Assembly: GCA_037445065.1 (NCBI GenBank)
Contig: JBBILD010000014.1
Location: 1-64,000 of the forward strand
Reading direction: 5' to 3'
Source of the DNA: Myxococcales bacterium
GTDB taxonomy: Bacteria; Desulfobacterota; Binatia; HRBIN30
Length of the DNA: 64,000 bases
Shown here: positions 48,596-57,885 of the stretch, in pieces
Position numbering within the stretch: the stretch's first letter is position 1
Layout of the letters: each line of letters starts with the position of its first letter
Notes under the pieces: model-generated
Told to the model about the DNA's origin: nothing
Databases searched by the model: none
Seen by the model: the letters and a program-made list of their open reading frames with translations, nothing else
Position numbers and translations under genes: made by a program

Positions 48596-51244
48596 TCAGG
48601 CAGCGGCCCCCGCACGGGCGTTCCGGATTGCTTGGCACATAGTGGCGAACAGAGATGGGGCCTGGATGGGTTTGACAACGTACCCATCCACTCCAGCCGC
48701 AAGGCAGCGTTCTCGGTCTTCCTGCCAGGCTTGGGCTGTCACGACAACGATCGGCAGGTAACGGCCGGTCCTACACAGGCGCTGTCCCTTGGCCTCAGCC
48801 TCGCGGACTTGTCTTGCCACCTCGAGCCCGTCCACGCCCTCGAGCTTCAAGTCCAGGACGAGAATGTCAGCGGCTTGCTGCTTGAGCTCCCTGATCACGC
48901 GGTTCCCGTCGGAGACTACCTGGACAGAACAGTGCAACCGTTCGAGGAGCCGCCGGAAGAGAAGTTGGTTGACCGGGTGATCTTCCGCGACGAGCACATT
49001 GCATCCGACCAGAACCTGAGTGGTCTCTCCGGATGCTTGCGGCAATGTCGTGGCCTCGATGAGTTCTTCCTTGGGCGCTTCTAGGGGGACCACCACGTGG
49101 AAGGTCGTGCCTCGGCCGGGCTCGCTTTCCGCCCAAATATGACCTCGAAGTAGACGGACGAGAGCGTTGCAGATGGCGAGACCAAGCCCGGTGCCGGGAG
49201 CTGCATGGTGCCCAGAACTGCTTTGTTCGAATGGTAAGAAAATCCGCTGCAAGTCTGCAGCTTCGATTCCCGGCCCTGTGTCTCGCACTGCAAAGTGGAC
49301 GACGGCTGTACCACCGTGGTTCGACGCATTCGAGACTGCTCTCGCTTGCAGCTCCACCTCCCCTTGCTGGGTGAACTTGACGGCATTGCCCACCAGGTTG
49401 ACCAAGATCTGCCGGAGTCGAGTGGGGTCGGACTTGACCGTTTTCGGTAGGCTCGGGTCAATGGAGAGGGATAAGCGCAGGTGTTTCCTTTGCGCTTGCA
49501 GCAGGAAGAGCTGATAGACCTGCTGGAGCAGCGGGCGGAGCCGGAATTCGCATTCGTGCAATTCGAGCTTGCCAGCTTCGATACGCGACAAATCGAGGAT
49601 GTCCGTCAGGAGCGCGAGTAACGCTTCTCCGGAACTCAACGCTAGCTCAACGTACTCCCGCTGGCGTGCATCCAAGCGAGTGTCTCGGAGAAGCTCGATC
49701 ATCCCGAGCACGCCAGTGAGAGGCGTGCGGATCTCATGGCTCATGTTGGCGAGGAAGGCGCTTTTCGCAGCGGTGGCTTTCTCTGCCGCTTCTTTGGCTT
49801 GGCGTAGTTCGCTTTCCAAGCGACGCCGTTCCGTGACGTCTTCGATGAGCGAGACGAAATGCACCGGAGCGCCACTCGAATCCCGGACCAGTCCGACCAG
49901 CAGCCTCGCAAACACGATGGATCCGTCGGGGCGTAGATAGCGCTTGTCCATCTCGTAGGTGTCCCGCTCGCCCTGAAGACACTGGGACACAAGCTCGAGG
50001 CCCCTCTCGAGATCTTCAGGATGGGTAATCGACTGGAAATCGGTTGCCAGCAATTCGTCGGTGCTGTAGCCGAGCATGTTGCACAAAGCTGGATTCACGC
50101 GCAGAAAGCGGCCACTTGGTGCGACGAGGGCGATGCCGATCGGCGCTCGTTCGAACGCGCTGCGAAAGCGTTCCTCGCTGAGGCGAAGGGCTTCTTGTTG
50201 TTGCCGTTGCTCGGTGATGTCACGCGCCACAGCTTGAAAACCGACCCGCCGGTTGCCCTCCACCAGCAACTGCACATTTTGCGCAAGCCACCGAACTTCT
50301 CCTGAGGAGCTTACCACCGGTACCTCACGGTAGGTGACCGGGATTCGCTCGCGGAATTGCTGCAAGTAGAAGCTAGCAACTTCCTCACGGGCCTCTGGGC
50401 ACACAAAATCAAGGTAAGGGCGCCCGTAGTACTGTCGCGCTTGTTCGCTGAAAATCCTGGCGGCGGCTTTGTTTGCGTAAACGATCCGGCCATGTTCGTC
50501 TGCCCGGTACATCAGGTCGACCGAGTTCTCCACCAAGTTCGCGTAACGCTTTTCGCTCCCTTGCCACTGGCGTTCCCGCTCGATGGCGTCTCGATGCGCC
50601 CTAGCCACATCGGCGGCAACGTATAGCGACGGCAGGAGTGCGGCGAATGAGAAAAAGGCGGCAGCAAGCGTGTCTCGGTTTGCTTCATGCGGGGCGTGAA
50701 GAGCATTCCAAACGAGCCACGGTAACATTGTCAGGATGGTGATGAGCTGCGCGCGCCAGCCCCAGGGGAGTAAGGCTGCCAGCGCCATGGCGAACGTGGG
50801 GTAAAACAGGAGCGCTGTTAACGATTCCCCGTAAAGAGCGCTTTGCCAGGCCACGCTCGCATACAAGACGGCTCCGAATGCAAGACCCACAGCAGTGGAA
50901 TGACCCCGGAAGAACTGATGGCGGAGTACCCGGAATTCGATCATCAGGACGCCGACCTGGAGAGCCTTGATCATCAGGTGCAAGCCGAGCTGTGCTGGGC
51001 GTATCCACGCGTCGAGTAGGGTAAGAGAGAGAAAAAACAGGCAGGCGATCGGTACGCCCGCGCGAATTCGCGCCGCAACGCGTTCGGCCAAGATGCGCCT
51101 GGTCTCTCTCAGATATGGCTCCTTTGCGTGACTTTGCACCGTCAACACGCGAGCGAAGCAAGTTCCGGGCCGACACCTTGCCGTTGTGATCGTCACGGAT
51201 GGGTTGCACACAGGCCGAGCGGGAGAGTGACGATTCAAAGGCAC
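48596..51244 (-). CDS. Hybrid sensor histidine kinase (TM domain, two PAS, HisKA, HATPase, receiver)
   Basis: FLANMSHEIRTPL, NLVGNAVKFT, DTGPGI, GTGLGL and a receiver with AEDH...LDL...KP; true start may be GTG 51139. Confidence 0.93.
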   Translation of the reverse strand: MPLNRHSPARPVCNPSVTITTARCRPGTCFARVLTVQSHAKEPYLRETRRILAERVAARIRAGVPIACLFFLSLTLLDAWIRPAQLGLHLMIKALQVGVLMIEFRVLRHQFFRGHSTAVGLAFGAVLYASVAWQSALYGESLTALLFYPTFAMALAALLPWGWRAQLITILTMLPWLVWNALHAPHEANRDTLAAAFFSFAALLPSLYVAADVARAHRDAIERERQWQGSEKRYANLVENSVDLMYRADEHGRIVYANKAAARIFSEQARQYYGRPYLDFVCPEAREEVASFYLQQFRERIPVTYREVPVVSSSGEVRWLAQNVQLLVEGNRRVGFQAVARDITEQRQQQEALRLSEERFRSAFERAPIGIALVAPSGRFLRVNPALCNMLGYSTDELLATDFQSITHPEDLERGLELVSQCLQGERDTYEMDKRYLRPDGSIVFARLLVGLVRDSSGAPVHFVSLIEDVTERRRLESELRQAKEAAEKATAAKSAFLANMSHEIRTPLTGVLGMIELLRDTRLDARQREYVELALSSGEALLALLTDILDLSRIEAGKLELHECEFRLRPLLQQVYQLFLLQAQRKHLRLSLSIDPSLPKTVKSDPTRLRQILVNLVGNAVKFTQQGEVELQARAVSNASNHGGTAVVHFAVRDTGPGIEAADLQRIFLPFEQSSSGHHAAPGTGLGLAICNALVRLLRGHIWAESEPGRGTTFHVVVPLEAPKEELIEATTLPQASGETTQVLVGCNVLVAEDHPVNQLLFRRLLERLHCSVQVVSDGNRVIRELKQQAADILVLDLKLEGVDGLEVARQVREAEAKGQRLCRTGRYLPIVVVTAQAWQEDRERCLAAGVDGYVVKPIQAPSLFATMCQAIRNARAGAAA

Positions 51245-51345
51245 TCCGGTTCATACGGGTGATGCAATCAACAACGGTAGCAGTGTGGGAGGCGAAGACA
51301 GGGTCAGGCCTTGCTGTTTGATACCTCGGCCCTTTTCGCCAACGA

Positions 51346-52107
51346 CTACGCTAGGCCGTAGCCGCCGTCTACGTGCAGACAAGTGCCGGTGATGTAGCTG
51401 CTCGCGTCGGAGGCGAGGAAAATGGCGGCCCCCTCCAGCTCGGTGAGTTCCCCCAGGCGTTGCATGGGTAGCTCGCGGATAAAACGTTGGCCCCGCTCGG
51501 TAGAGAAAAATTCGCGGTTCATGTCGGTAAGGAAGTAGCCGGGGCAAATGGCGTTGACCTGCACGTTGAAGCGGACCCATTCGAGGGCCAGGACACGCGT
51601 GAATTGCACCAAAGCCGCCTTGCTCGCGCTGTATAGGGACATATACCGGGCCGGACGGGTGGCAAGAACAGAGGCTACATTGAGGACCTTGCCCTTGCGG
51701 CGCTCGATCATGTGCGGCCCAAGGTGCTTGCAGCACAGCATCGGGCCGAGGACATTGACGCTCATCACTTGCTGCCACTCTTGCGGATTGAGTTCCAGGA
51801 GCGGTCGGCTTGTTCCGACTCCAGCGTTGTTGACCAGGATGTCCACGTGTCCCATAGCCGCGAGCGTCTCCTGGACCAAACGGCGAACCTCGTCCTCGCG
51901 AGTGACGTCTGCGGTAATCGCGGCAGCGCGGCGGCCCAGGGCTTGGATTCCTTGCGCCACGGCGTTCAACTCACTGGAGGAACGGCTGCAGACGGCGACA
52001 TCTGCTCCCGCGCGTGCCAGCGCAAGGGCGATGGTTTTGCCGATCCCGCGGCTTGCACCGGTGACCAAGGCGACTCGCCCGCTCAAGTCGAAGCAGTTCA
52101 TGGTCAT
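51346..52107 (-). CDS. SDR-family oxidoreductase
   Basis: TGASRGIG, NNAG, YSASK, CPGYF and VDGG. Confidence 0.92.
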   Translation of the reverse strand: MTMNCFDLSGRVALVTGASRGIGKTIALALARAGADVAVCSRSSSELNAVAQGIQALGRRAAAITADVTREDEVRRLVQETLAAMGHVDILVNNAGVGTSRPLLELNPQEWQQVMSVNVLGPMLCCKHLGPHMIERRKGKVLNVASVLATRPARYMSLYSASKAALVQFTRVLALEWVRFNVQVNAICPGYFLTDMNREFFSTERGQRFIRELPMQRLGELTELEGAAIFLASDASSYITGTCLHVDGGYGLA

Positions 52108-52202
52108 ACAGGGCCGCTCTATACGGGCGAGCCACCCCGCCCGCAACCACGCACTTCGCTAGGACTTCGTTTCACCACGTTTCGCCAGCAGCGCGTTTCG
52201 CC

Positions 52203-52342
52203 AGGACACCCATCGCATGAAAGTACTTTGAAAGGACACCCATCGCTTTGCTCTCTTTGAAAGGACACCCATCGCAAGCACTAGGCCCGCTCCATGTGGG
52301 GAGACCCATCGCAAGGGAGGCCCATGTGAGGACACCCATCGA
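52203..52342 (+). repeat. Left tandem cluster of AGGACACCCATCG(C), 5 copies
   Basis: Copies at 52203, 52233, 52262, 52299 (variant GGGAGACCCATCGC) and 52329; start-to-start spacing 30, 29, 37, 30 nt. Confidence 0.92.
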
Positions 52343-53156
52343 AAGGGGAAGTCTTAGGGAGTACAACCAGCACTAGCAGCTTCAGAAACGACTACTTAGT
52401 TGTCCGGGACGCCCCAAAGGGAGAGCTCGCCGCATCCATCCATGCCGGGAGGGGGCAGTTCAATTGGGCCCAGTCCAACCTACTGGGCGCCGGGACGGAG
52501 TTTAGGAACACCCCGTGAAAATCTTGCGGGAGGTGTCGTGCCTCGAGATGCAGCAAGACCAGTAGAGCGCACTCAGTTCACGCTGCACAAGCCGATACGT
52601 GCTCGCTCATTGGGCGTGCGCCAAGCGGCGACGTCATGGGCACCCGACGGGTCGATCCGCGTCTGCCCGCTTGGTGCCTGTTGGCGACGTGCGATGTATC
52701 GCCGGACACGATGGCGCGCGAGATGTGCGGGAAATTGCGTGCAGACAGATTTTCAGGTTTTGTGTGCGATTGAGCCCGCCCCTGTCAGCAATAGTGACAC
52801 GGGCGTCTCGCACCTGCGGGGATCCGGTTTTCGCAGGCCGCACGAGGCAGGGTTTCGCGGCTGAACCCAGCTAAAGAGTGCCGCCTTTGCCCGGGCTTCC
52901 TTATGAAACGGGCTAGTCTGACGGAAGCGCGGCGTGGGAGGAGTTCGTACGGAGGACGTTGAGGGCGCTGGGGATGGCAACCGTCTTGATCCGCCGGCGG
53001 GTTCGAGCGCGAAGTGCGGCGTTGCGAGGTGGGTCCGTCGGGCTCCGCGCAGCCAATATTTTTGCTAGTTTTTTTATTTGGTCGGCCTTGCCAGCCAGGT
53101 CGAACCTCTGCAACCGAGCCGCTTCTAGCGCACCACGTGCCGCTCTGGAGTCCGGC

Positions 53157-53396
53157 TCACTCCTGGCCTTCTTCGCCTCCGTTGACCGCTGCGTGCATCT
53201 GGAACATGAATTCCCGCAGCGTGTAGAGTGCGCGGGAAGGCCACTCGCCTCCCTCCAGGAGTGCCGCCAGCGACATCAGCATAGCAACGCGGATCAAGGG
53301 CTCGGCACGGTCGTCTTGCCAGACATCGAACGGCAAGGTTGTCAACACATCTACCTGGAAGAAATGGTCCCTGTCGCGAATGCACATGCGTTGCAT
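53157..53396 (-). CDS. Small hypothetical protein (79 aa)
   Basis: Strong RBS GAAGGGAGGAGGGCG directly before ATG; MQRMCIRDRDHFFQVDVLTTLPFDVWQDDRAEPLIRVAMLMSLAALLEGG...; no family recognised. Confidence 0.55.
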   Translation of the reverse strand: MQRMCIRDRDHFFQVDVLTTLPFDVWQDDRAEPLIRVAMLMSLAALLEGGEWPSRALYTLREFMFQMHAAVNGGEEGQE

Positions 53397-53748
53397 CGCC
53401 CTCCTCCCTTCAAGGAAGAATGCCCGCGGACTCATCAACTTTGATGCCACCACCTAGTTGGCAGCCTGCTCGTGGCCTCCCCCTGCGGTTCTACCCAGGG
53501 ACAGCTCTTATTGAGCGCTGCTCTGACTCACAGTGAATCAAGGCGTGGCCGCGAGTCGTGCTGACTTTGTGGCTTCTGTTTGTACGCGTAACGCCCGCCT
53601 TATGGCCGGGGCAACTGCGGATGGCGAAACCCACTCAACCAATCGCACGCGAGTCGCTTGGGTCCCCGCACCGCCAGTGATCGAGCCCGGGGCGGCTTGT
53701 TTCATGCTGAGACCCAATAGTGTTGCTCACAAGACCTGCGGAGGTAGC

Positions 53749-53757
53749 TGGGTGTCC
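53749..53757 (-). repeat. Single inverted copy of the island motif (TGGGTGTCC)
   Basis: Exact reverse complement of GGACACCCA. Confidence 0.55.
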
Positions 53758-54322
53758 GCGAACGAGTCTCCAACGCCCCTACGTCGTGTCTCCGCAAGCT
53801 TCAGCTCGTGGCGGAGTGCCGAGCGGGTAAACTGGTCGCCACCGCTGGCAGCACGTGCAGCTACTCAACTTGATCTGCGCAGCAGCCCGTGCACTGCTGC
53901 TGCGACTTGGGGCATTCTGCGTCTGGGCGGTCCGTTCAGAGCATTCGCAGAACGCAATTTCGGTCCGAGGGTGCCCAGCGTGGGCCCGGGGGCGACGCTG
54001 GGGCAATCACTGCCCTTTGTCGGGCTGGAACCGGCAAGGTGTCGCGTCAGCCGAAACAATCAGAGCTGGGGTGGGAGTGGTGCATCGAGCACGAGCGCTG
54101 TCTAAAAGGTCCGCTCGAAGCCTAACGCGACACCATGGGCTTCGCCGTGCAAGCGGCAGTGCCAGGAACGCGCGTTCGGGATGACGACTGGGCAGGGGAC
54201 AAGGTTCACGACGCCGCTAGCGGGGCGGATTAGCGTCAGAGCATCAGGTGGTACCCCCCGTTTGTCCGCTACCACGTTCCGATTCTCGTGGTTCCCCCGA
54301 TCGTTTACCGCCCGGTGTTACC

Positions 54323-54390
54323 AGCATCTTACGAGGACACCCATGATCTCAAAAGGTCATCTGAGAAGCATCCGAGAAGGACACCCATCG
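54323..54390 (+). repeat. Middle pair AGCATC-N5-AGGACACCCAT
   Basis: Motif copies at 54334 and 54378, 44 nt apart, each preceded by AGCATC. Confidence 0.85.
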
Positions 54391-54954
54391 GGAGGAGATG
54401 CTTTTGAACCCCCCTGCAGGCCCTCCTTCCTCCCACAGTCCGCCCGCGGCATAATAAAAAGCTGGGCGTCTCAACCAGGGATACGCATTGGGAGCGGCAC
54501 TTTCTTAAAAGGACAACCACCGCGGGGGGCGCCTTTAAAGTCCTCGCTGGTTCCCACTTCCTGCACCCGTGCGGCTTCGCCATAATGGCAAGCTAGGCAC
54601 TCGTGGGAACTGAAGGGGCTCGGCCCTCTTGCAAGCCGCTGGCTCCGCTTTCGGCCCCTGCCGCCCGGCCTTCCTTCACCCCTCCTTTTCTTCCCTGAAC
54701 GCTGGAACAGCGTACCGACATGGGCTCTCTTCAGCTCCACGGTGACAAATGGCGCGGCAGGGCAGGTTTCCCCCCGTCTTTGGAACGCGAGACCGGTAAC
54801 CATAGTCAAAGGACATCGTTGGCCGGCGGGAGAAGGCCACGACGAGCAAAGGTTTCGATCGAGGCCCTGTTGCCTCAGTGTTTGCTGCCTCGGCTGGGAT
54901 CATTAGGGCTTTCGCGGGGGCATCCCTTGTACAGGGATTAGGGATTCGCACCGA

Positions 54955-55797
54955 CTACGGGAGGGGAGGTGACCCTAGGATGGGGGCTCGTTGTCGCCAG
55001 ATCCAAACACTTCGAGATCGCGCGACGATTCGTCCGTCCTTTCCAAGAACGCACTGAATCAGGCCCTTGGCACCAGCGTTACCGTCCGCAAGAGACTCAG
55101 CGGGGTCCGGCCAGGTGAGAATCTCCAAAGTTTCCCCCACGCTTGCCTCGGAGACGTATTCGATGTCCAACACCTGAGGCCGAAGAGCTCGACCTTGTTC
55201 CAGCATTTTCCTCACGCTCCAACCGTATCTGTCCTCGAACCACTGGAGGGCCGCGTCTTCCAGAAAGTTCGCGTATTCGGCGTTGTTCACGTGACCGACA
55301 TGGTCGAGGTGGCTTGGAAGGACATCTCGTTCCATCCGGTGGGGATCGCCGTCGCCGTGGGTAGGTGGCGACGGAATCCGCGCAAAGCAGGCAGGCTCAG
55401 CGTTCCCTGCAAGCGCATGTGCCAGATCGGACGGTATGCGGGCTGGGCGCCACGAGGATAGGTCGCAATACACCCAGTCTGTGACCCCCTCCGCGACGAG
55501 CAATCCCCGCGACTCGACACGGTACTCTCGTAGGGAACGAGCACGGCGAACATCAGCAACGCGTGTGGTCACTTGTAGTTCAGTTGTTCCGCCGGCAGGG
55601 CGGAAGCGAGCAACTAAGGTGCGGCGTACGAGCCATACTTTTCCTTCGTGGGCGTAGCGCTCGGCATCGTAACCCGCTGCAGCCGAGGCCTCCACGGCGG
55701 CCCTTTCGAGCATTCCCAAGAAAGCGGACAGTTTCTGCTCTCCGACGAAGTCAACTTCTGCATGCGAAACGTGATGGGTCAACTGGTATGTGAACAT
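54955..55797 (-). CDS. Acyl-ACP/acyl-CoA thioesterase (double hotdog)
   Basis: VSHAEVDFVG in the first half and SHLDHVGHVNNAEYANFLE in the second. Confidence 0.88.
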   Translation of the reverse strand: MFTYQLTHHVSHAEVDFVGEQKLSAFLGMLERAAVEASAAAGYDAERYAHEGKVWLVRRTLVARFRPAGGTTELQVTTRVADVRRARSLREYRVESRGLLVAEGVTDWVYCDLSSWRPARIPSDLAHALAGNAEPACFARIPSPPTHGDGDPHRMERDVLPSHLDHVGHVNNAEYANFLEDAALQWFEDRYGWSVRKMLEQGRALRPQVLDIEYVSEASVGETLEILTWPDPAESLADGNAGAKGLIQCVLGKDGRIVARSRSVWIWRQRAPILGSPPLP

Positions 55798-56117
55798 CGT
55801 GCTTGCCGTTCGTGCATTTTGCCCAAATGTTCGCGGCCGACTCTCTTAGCAGGAGGGGTGGACATATCGACGGGTGCTTCTTTTTGGTTTGGGAGAGAGG
55901 GCGGGTGCGATGGCTTTTGGTTGACGGGTCCCCTGGGGTGGAGCAACGTTCTTTCTGCACGACCCAGAGGCGCAACGCCGTGATTAAACGGACCCGCATC
56001 AGTGCCGTCGGCTTCACATTTGCAAGAGGGAAGTGGGCCTACGAGGGAGCGTGGCCCGCGGGCCGGCAGTGCGACTGGGAACTCTCACCGGTCGCTCCGA
56101 TTTTCACGGGGATTTTT

Positions 56118-56164
56118 TGGGTGGCCTGTCTGGTCTCCTGTCTGGTCCTGGTCCCGTCAGGTCC
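56118..56164 (+). repeat. Inverted motif variant TGGGTGGCCT followed by stuttered CTGTCTGGTC units
   Basis: TGGGTGG-CCTGTCTGGTCT-CCTGTCTGGTC-CTGGTC-CCGTCAGGTCC. Confidence 0.6.
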
Positions 56165-56585
56165 GTTTGTTGCGTGCCCCATCTTTGCGCCGACATCACG
56201 AACCATCACCTTCGATGAAGATGAAACGTACAGGTGCCCGATTTTCGCTCGTCCTTCTTTAAGCGAGAGAGAGGCTGAGGGAGCGGCGTCATCTCGTTGC
56301 TGCGCTAGCAGTGTGTCGGAGTATGCGCAGCCAAACCCTCGTACAAGCAGTGATCCCCAGGCAAATCGCTTTCGGGCGAGGAGATTTCCTTGTCATGCGT
56401 TTATACGAACTTAAAAACCCTGGCTAGGTTTTTCTCCGACAGACTCGTAGGATCGTTCTCCAGAAAGTGGAGGCCGCAATCGCGAGAGTCTTCACGTGCG
56501 AGTGTGGGAAGCAATTTTTCACCGCGAGCGCTGATTCGCGGGTCGGCACTCTGTAGGCGCCAAACCGGTTAAGTGTGCGAAGCCG

Positions 56586-57611
56586 TCAGGCGGCGCTTCG
56601 ATAGAGCACACGAGCTGCCTCGCGGCCTCGGATCTTGCGCAACCCACGAGCCCGGCCAATGGCCAGAATTGCCTGCTCGTGACCGGCCATCGTCAAGAAC
56701 GATCGGGAAAAGGTCCGTATCGCAGTCAGGAAACCTGCTTCGGTGAGGCCGAACCTCTGTAGAGCCTGGGATGCCCTGCCGGTACACCAGTTGACATCGC
56801 TGACCGGGAATCGCATCGCTTCTGCTGCGCCGTGGAGTAAGGCGATGTAATCGCCTCTTTCGATTGGCAGCCGTGGAAATCCGGTTACGGAAGGGCCTGA
56901 CTCGTCTGCGAATGGCATCAGCCATCCTGTGTGAGACGCACCCGCAACGTCTGCATCATGGCTGGTTTGCGCACTACCGGCCTTCTCTCTCCCATAATCG
57001 GTCGAACGCAGACGGTGATAGATCGAAGTGAAACGATCGCCTTCTAGTTCCGACGTCACACCAGCCCGAATGGGATTCAAATCCACGTAACTCATGCATG
57101 TGAGAAGAGCGCCCTCATCAACAAGCGCTTGGGCGCGGAAACGACCCTCCCAGAAGCGGGCGGTGCAACCGTCTCCCCGGTTCGCCCGTCGGGCAATCGC
57201 TTCATTGAGGCAGCGCATGAACCAACTTAGGTCGCTGAGGCGGCGCCGCCAGATTTCGATTTGCGCTTCTCGGTCTAGCCCAGTCACCCGCTGGAGTCGC
57301 TTGCGGCTTCTAGGGAATAGTTCGCTCCAGCGATCCAGCACTTCCTCGGCGTCCCATGAAGCGCTCCGCGCTTGGTCGATGAAAACGACCAAGTGAAAGT
57401 GATTGCTCATCACGGCGGAGCCGCAAACCTGGATGGCAAAAATCTCCGATAGAGTTCGGATGCGTTCAGTGAGCCAGCTCTTGCGATGGTCGCAATTTTG
57501 GCCGGTTGCGCGGTCCTTCCCTCAGAGGAAAGCACGTCGCACGCATCGACTGATTACGTGATAGTAGGGAGTCACGCTAGTATCAACAATCAGTTTACGT
57601 GGCATGGTCAT
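56586..57611 (-). pseudogene. REP-associated-type HUH/Y1 tyrosine transposase (RAYT-like, IS200/IS605 superfamily) with an in-frame TGA at codon 30
   Basis: [39 protein letters not shown]...AVMSNHFHLVV (HUH)...RFWEGRF...YVDLNPIRAG (catalytic Tyr). TGA is at 57522-57524; the ORF track reports only the part from 57413. Confidence 0.85.
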
Positions 57612-57617
57612 AGCCTA

Positions 57618-57646
57618 GGAATATACTTATTATTGAATCAGGTCAA
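57618..57646 (-). promoter_or_regulatory. Candidate transposase promoter
   Basis: Minus strand TTGACC-N15-TATATT (or N17-TATTCC), with TATATT 8 nt before ATG 57611, in an AT-rich patch; no obvious RBS. Confidence 0.4.
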
Positions 57647-57791
57647 CGATGTCCGATTGAACCTGCAACAGTGCATGGGTCGGTACGGACCGCGAACCAC
57701 CCCACTTCGGCTGGAGACGGCGCTCCGTGTCCGCATCCAGGGCATTCTTTGCTCCCGAACGGGGCTGAGTTCCTCCCTGGGCGTTTTTTTT
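57639..57791 (+). ncRNA. Candidate structured small RNA or ssDNA hairpin element divergent from the transposase
   Basis: TGGTCA-N17-TATTAT upstream, four consecutive hairpins and a terminal T8 tract; no credible plus-strand CDS. Confidence 0.35.
57737..57791 (+). terminator. Intrinsic terminator-like hairpin plus T8
   Basis: CCAGGG (57737-57742)/CCCTGG (57775-57780) with inner stem GCTCCC-GAAC-GGGGC, then GCG and TTTTTTTT (57784-57791). Confidence 0.4.
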
Positions 57792-57885
57792 AGATGGGAG
57801 GTCGCTCGTGGTTCGTAAGCGCAGAGGACAACTGCGAACACTGGTTCGCAACCCAGCCTCGCTTCAGGCCTGGGACGCGTACCGG

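Noticed and set aside
52203..52342. CRISPR array
   Set aside because: Repeats are about 14 nt and spacers 15-23 nt with shared ends, there are no cas genes in the window, and the motif recurs in both orientations across the island.
53533..54105. 190-aa plus-strand ORF in the island
   Set aside because: No RBS or recognisable motifs, the composition looks non-coding, and it contains a motif copy.
55803..56414. 203-aa plus-strand ORF
   Set aside because: Runs through the stutter repeat, is Cys/Arg/Ser-rich like a random frame, and has no RBS.
56413..56433. Inverted repeat AAAAACC-N7-GGTTTTT downstream of the transposase
   Set aside because: Weak AT-rich 7-bp stem that I cannot distinguish from chance or assign as a terminator or element end.
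57480..57524. Selenocysteine recoding of the transposase TGA
   Set aside because: Small hairpins follow the TGA (CGCAA/TTGCG and TTGCGA-CCA-TCGCAA), but their loops lack the leading G typical of bacterial SECIS elements and other substitutions suggest decay. Not strictly excluded.
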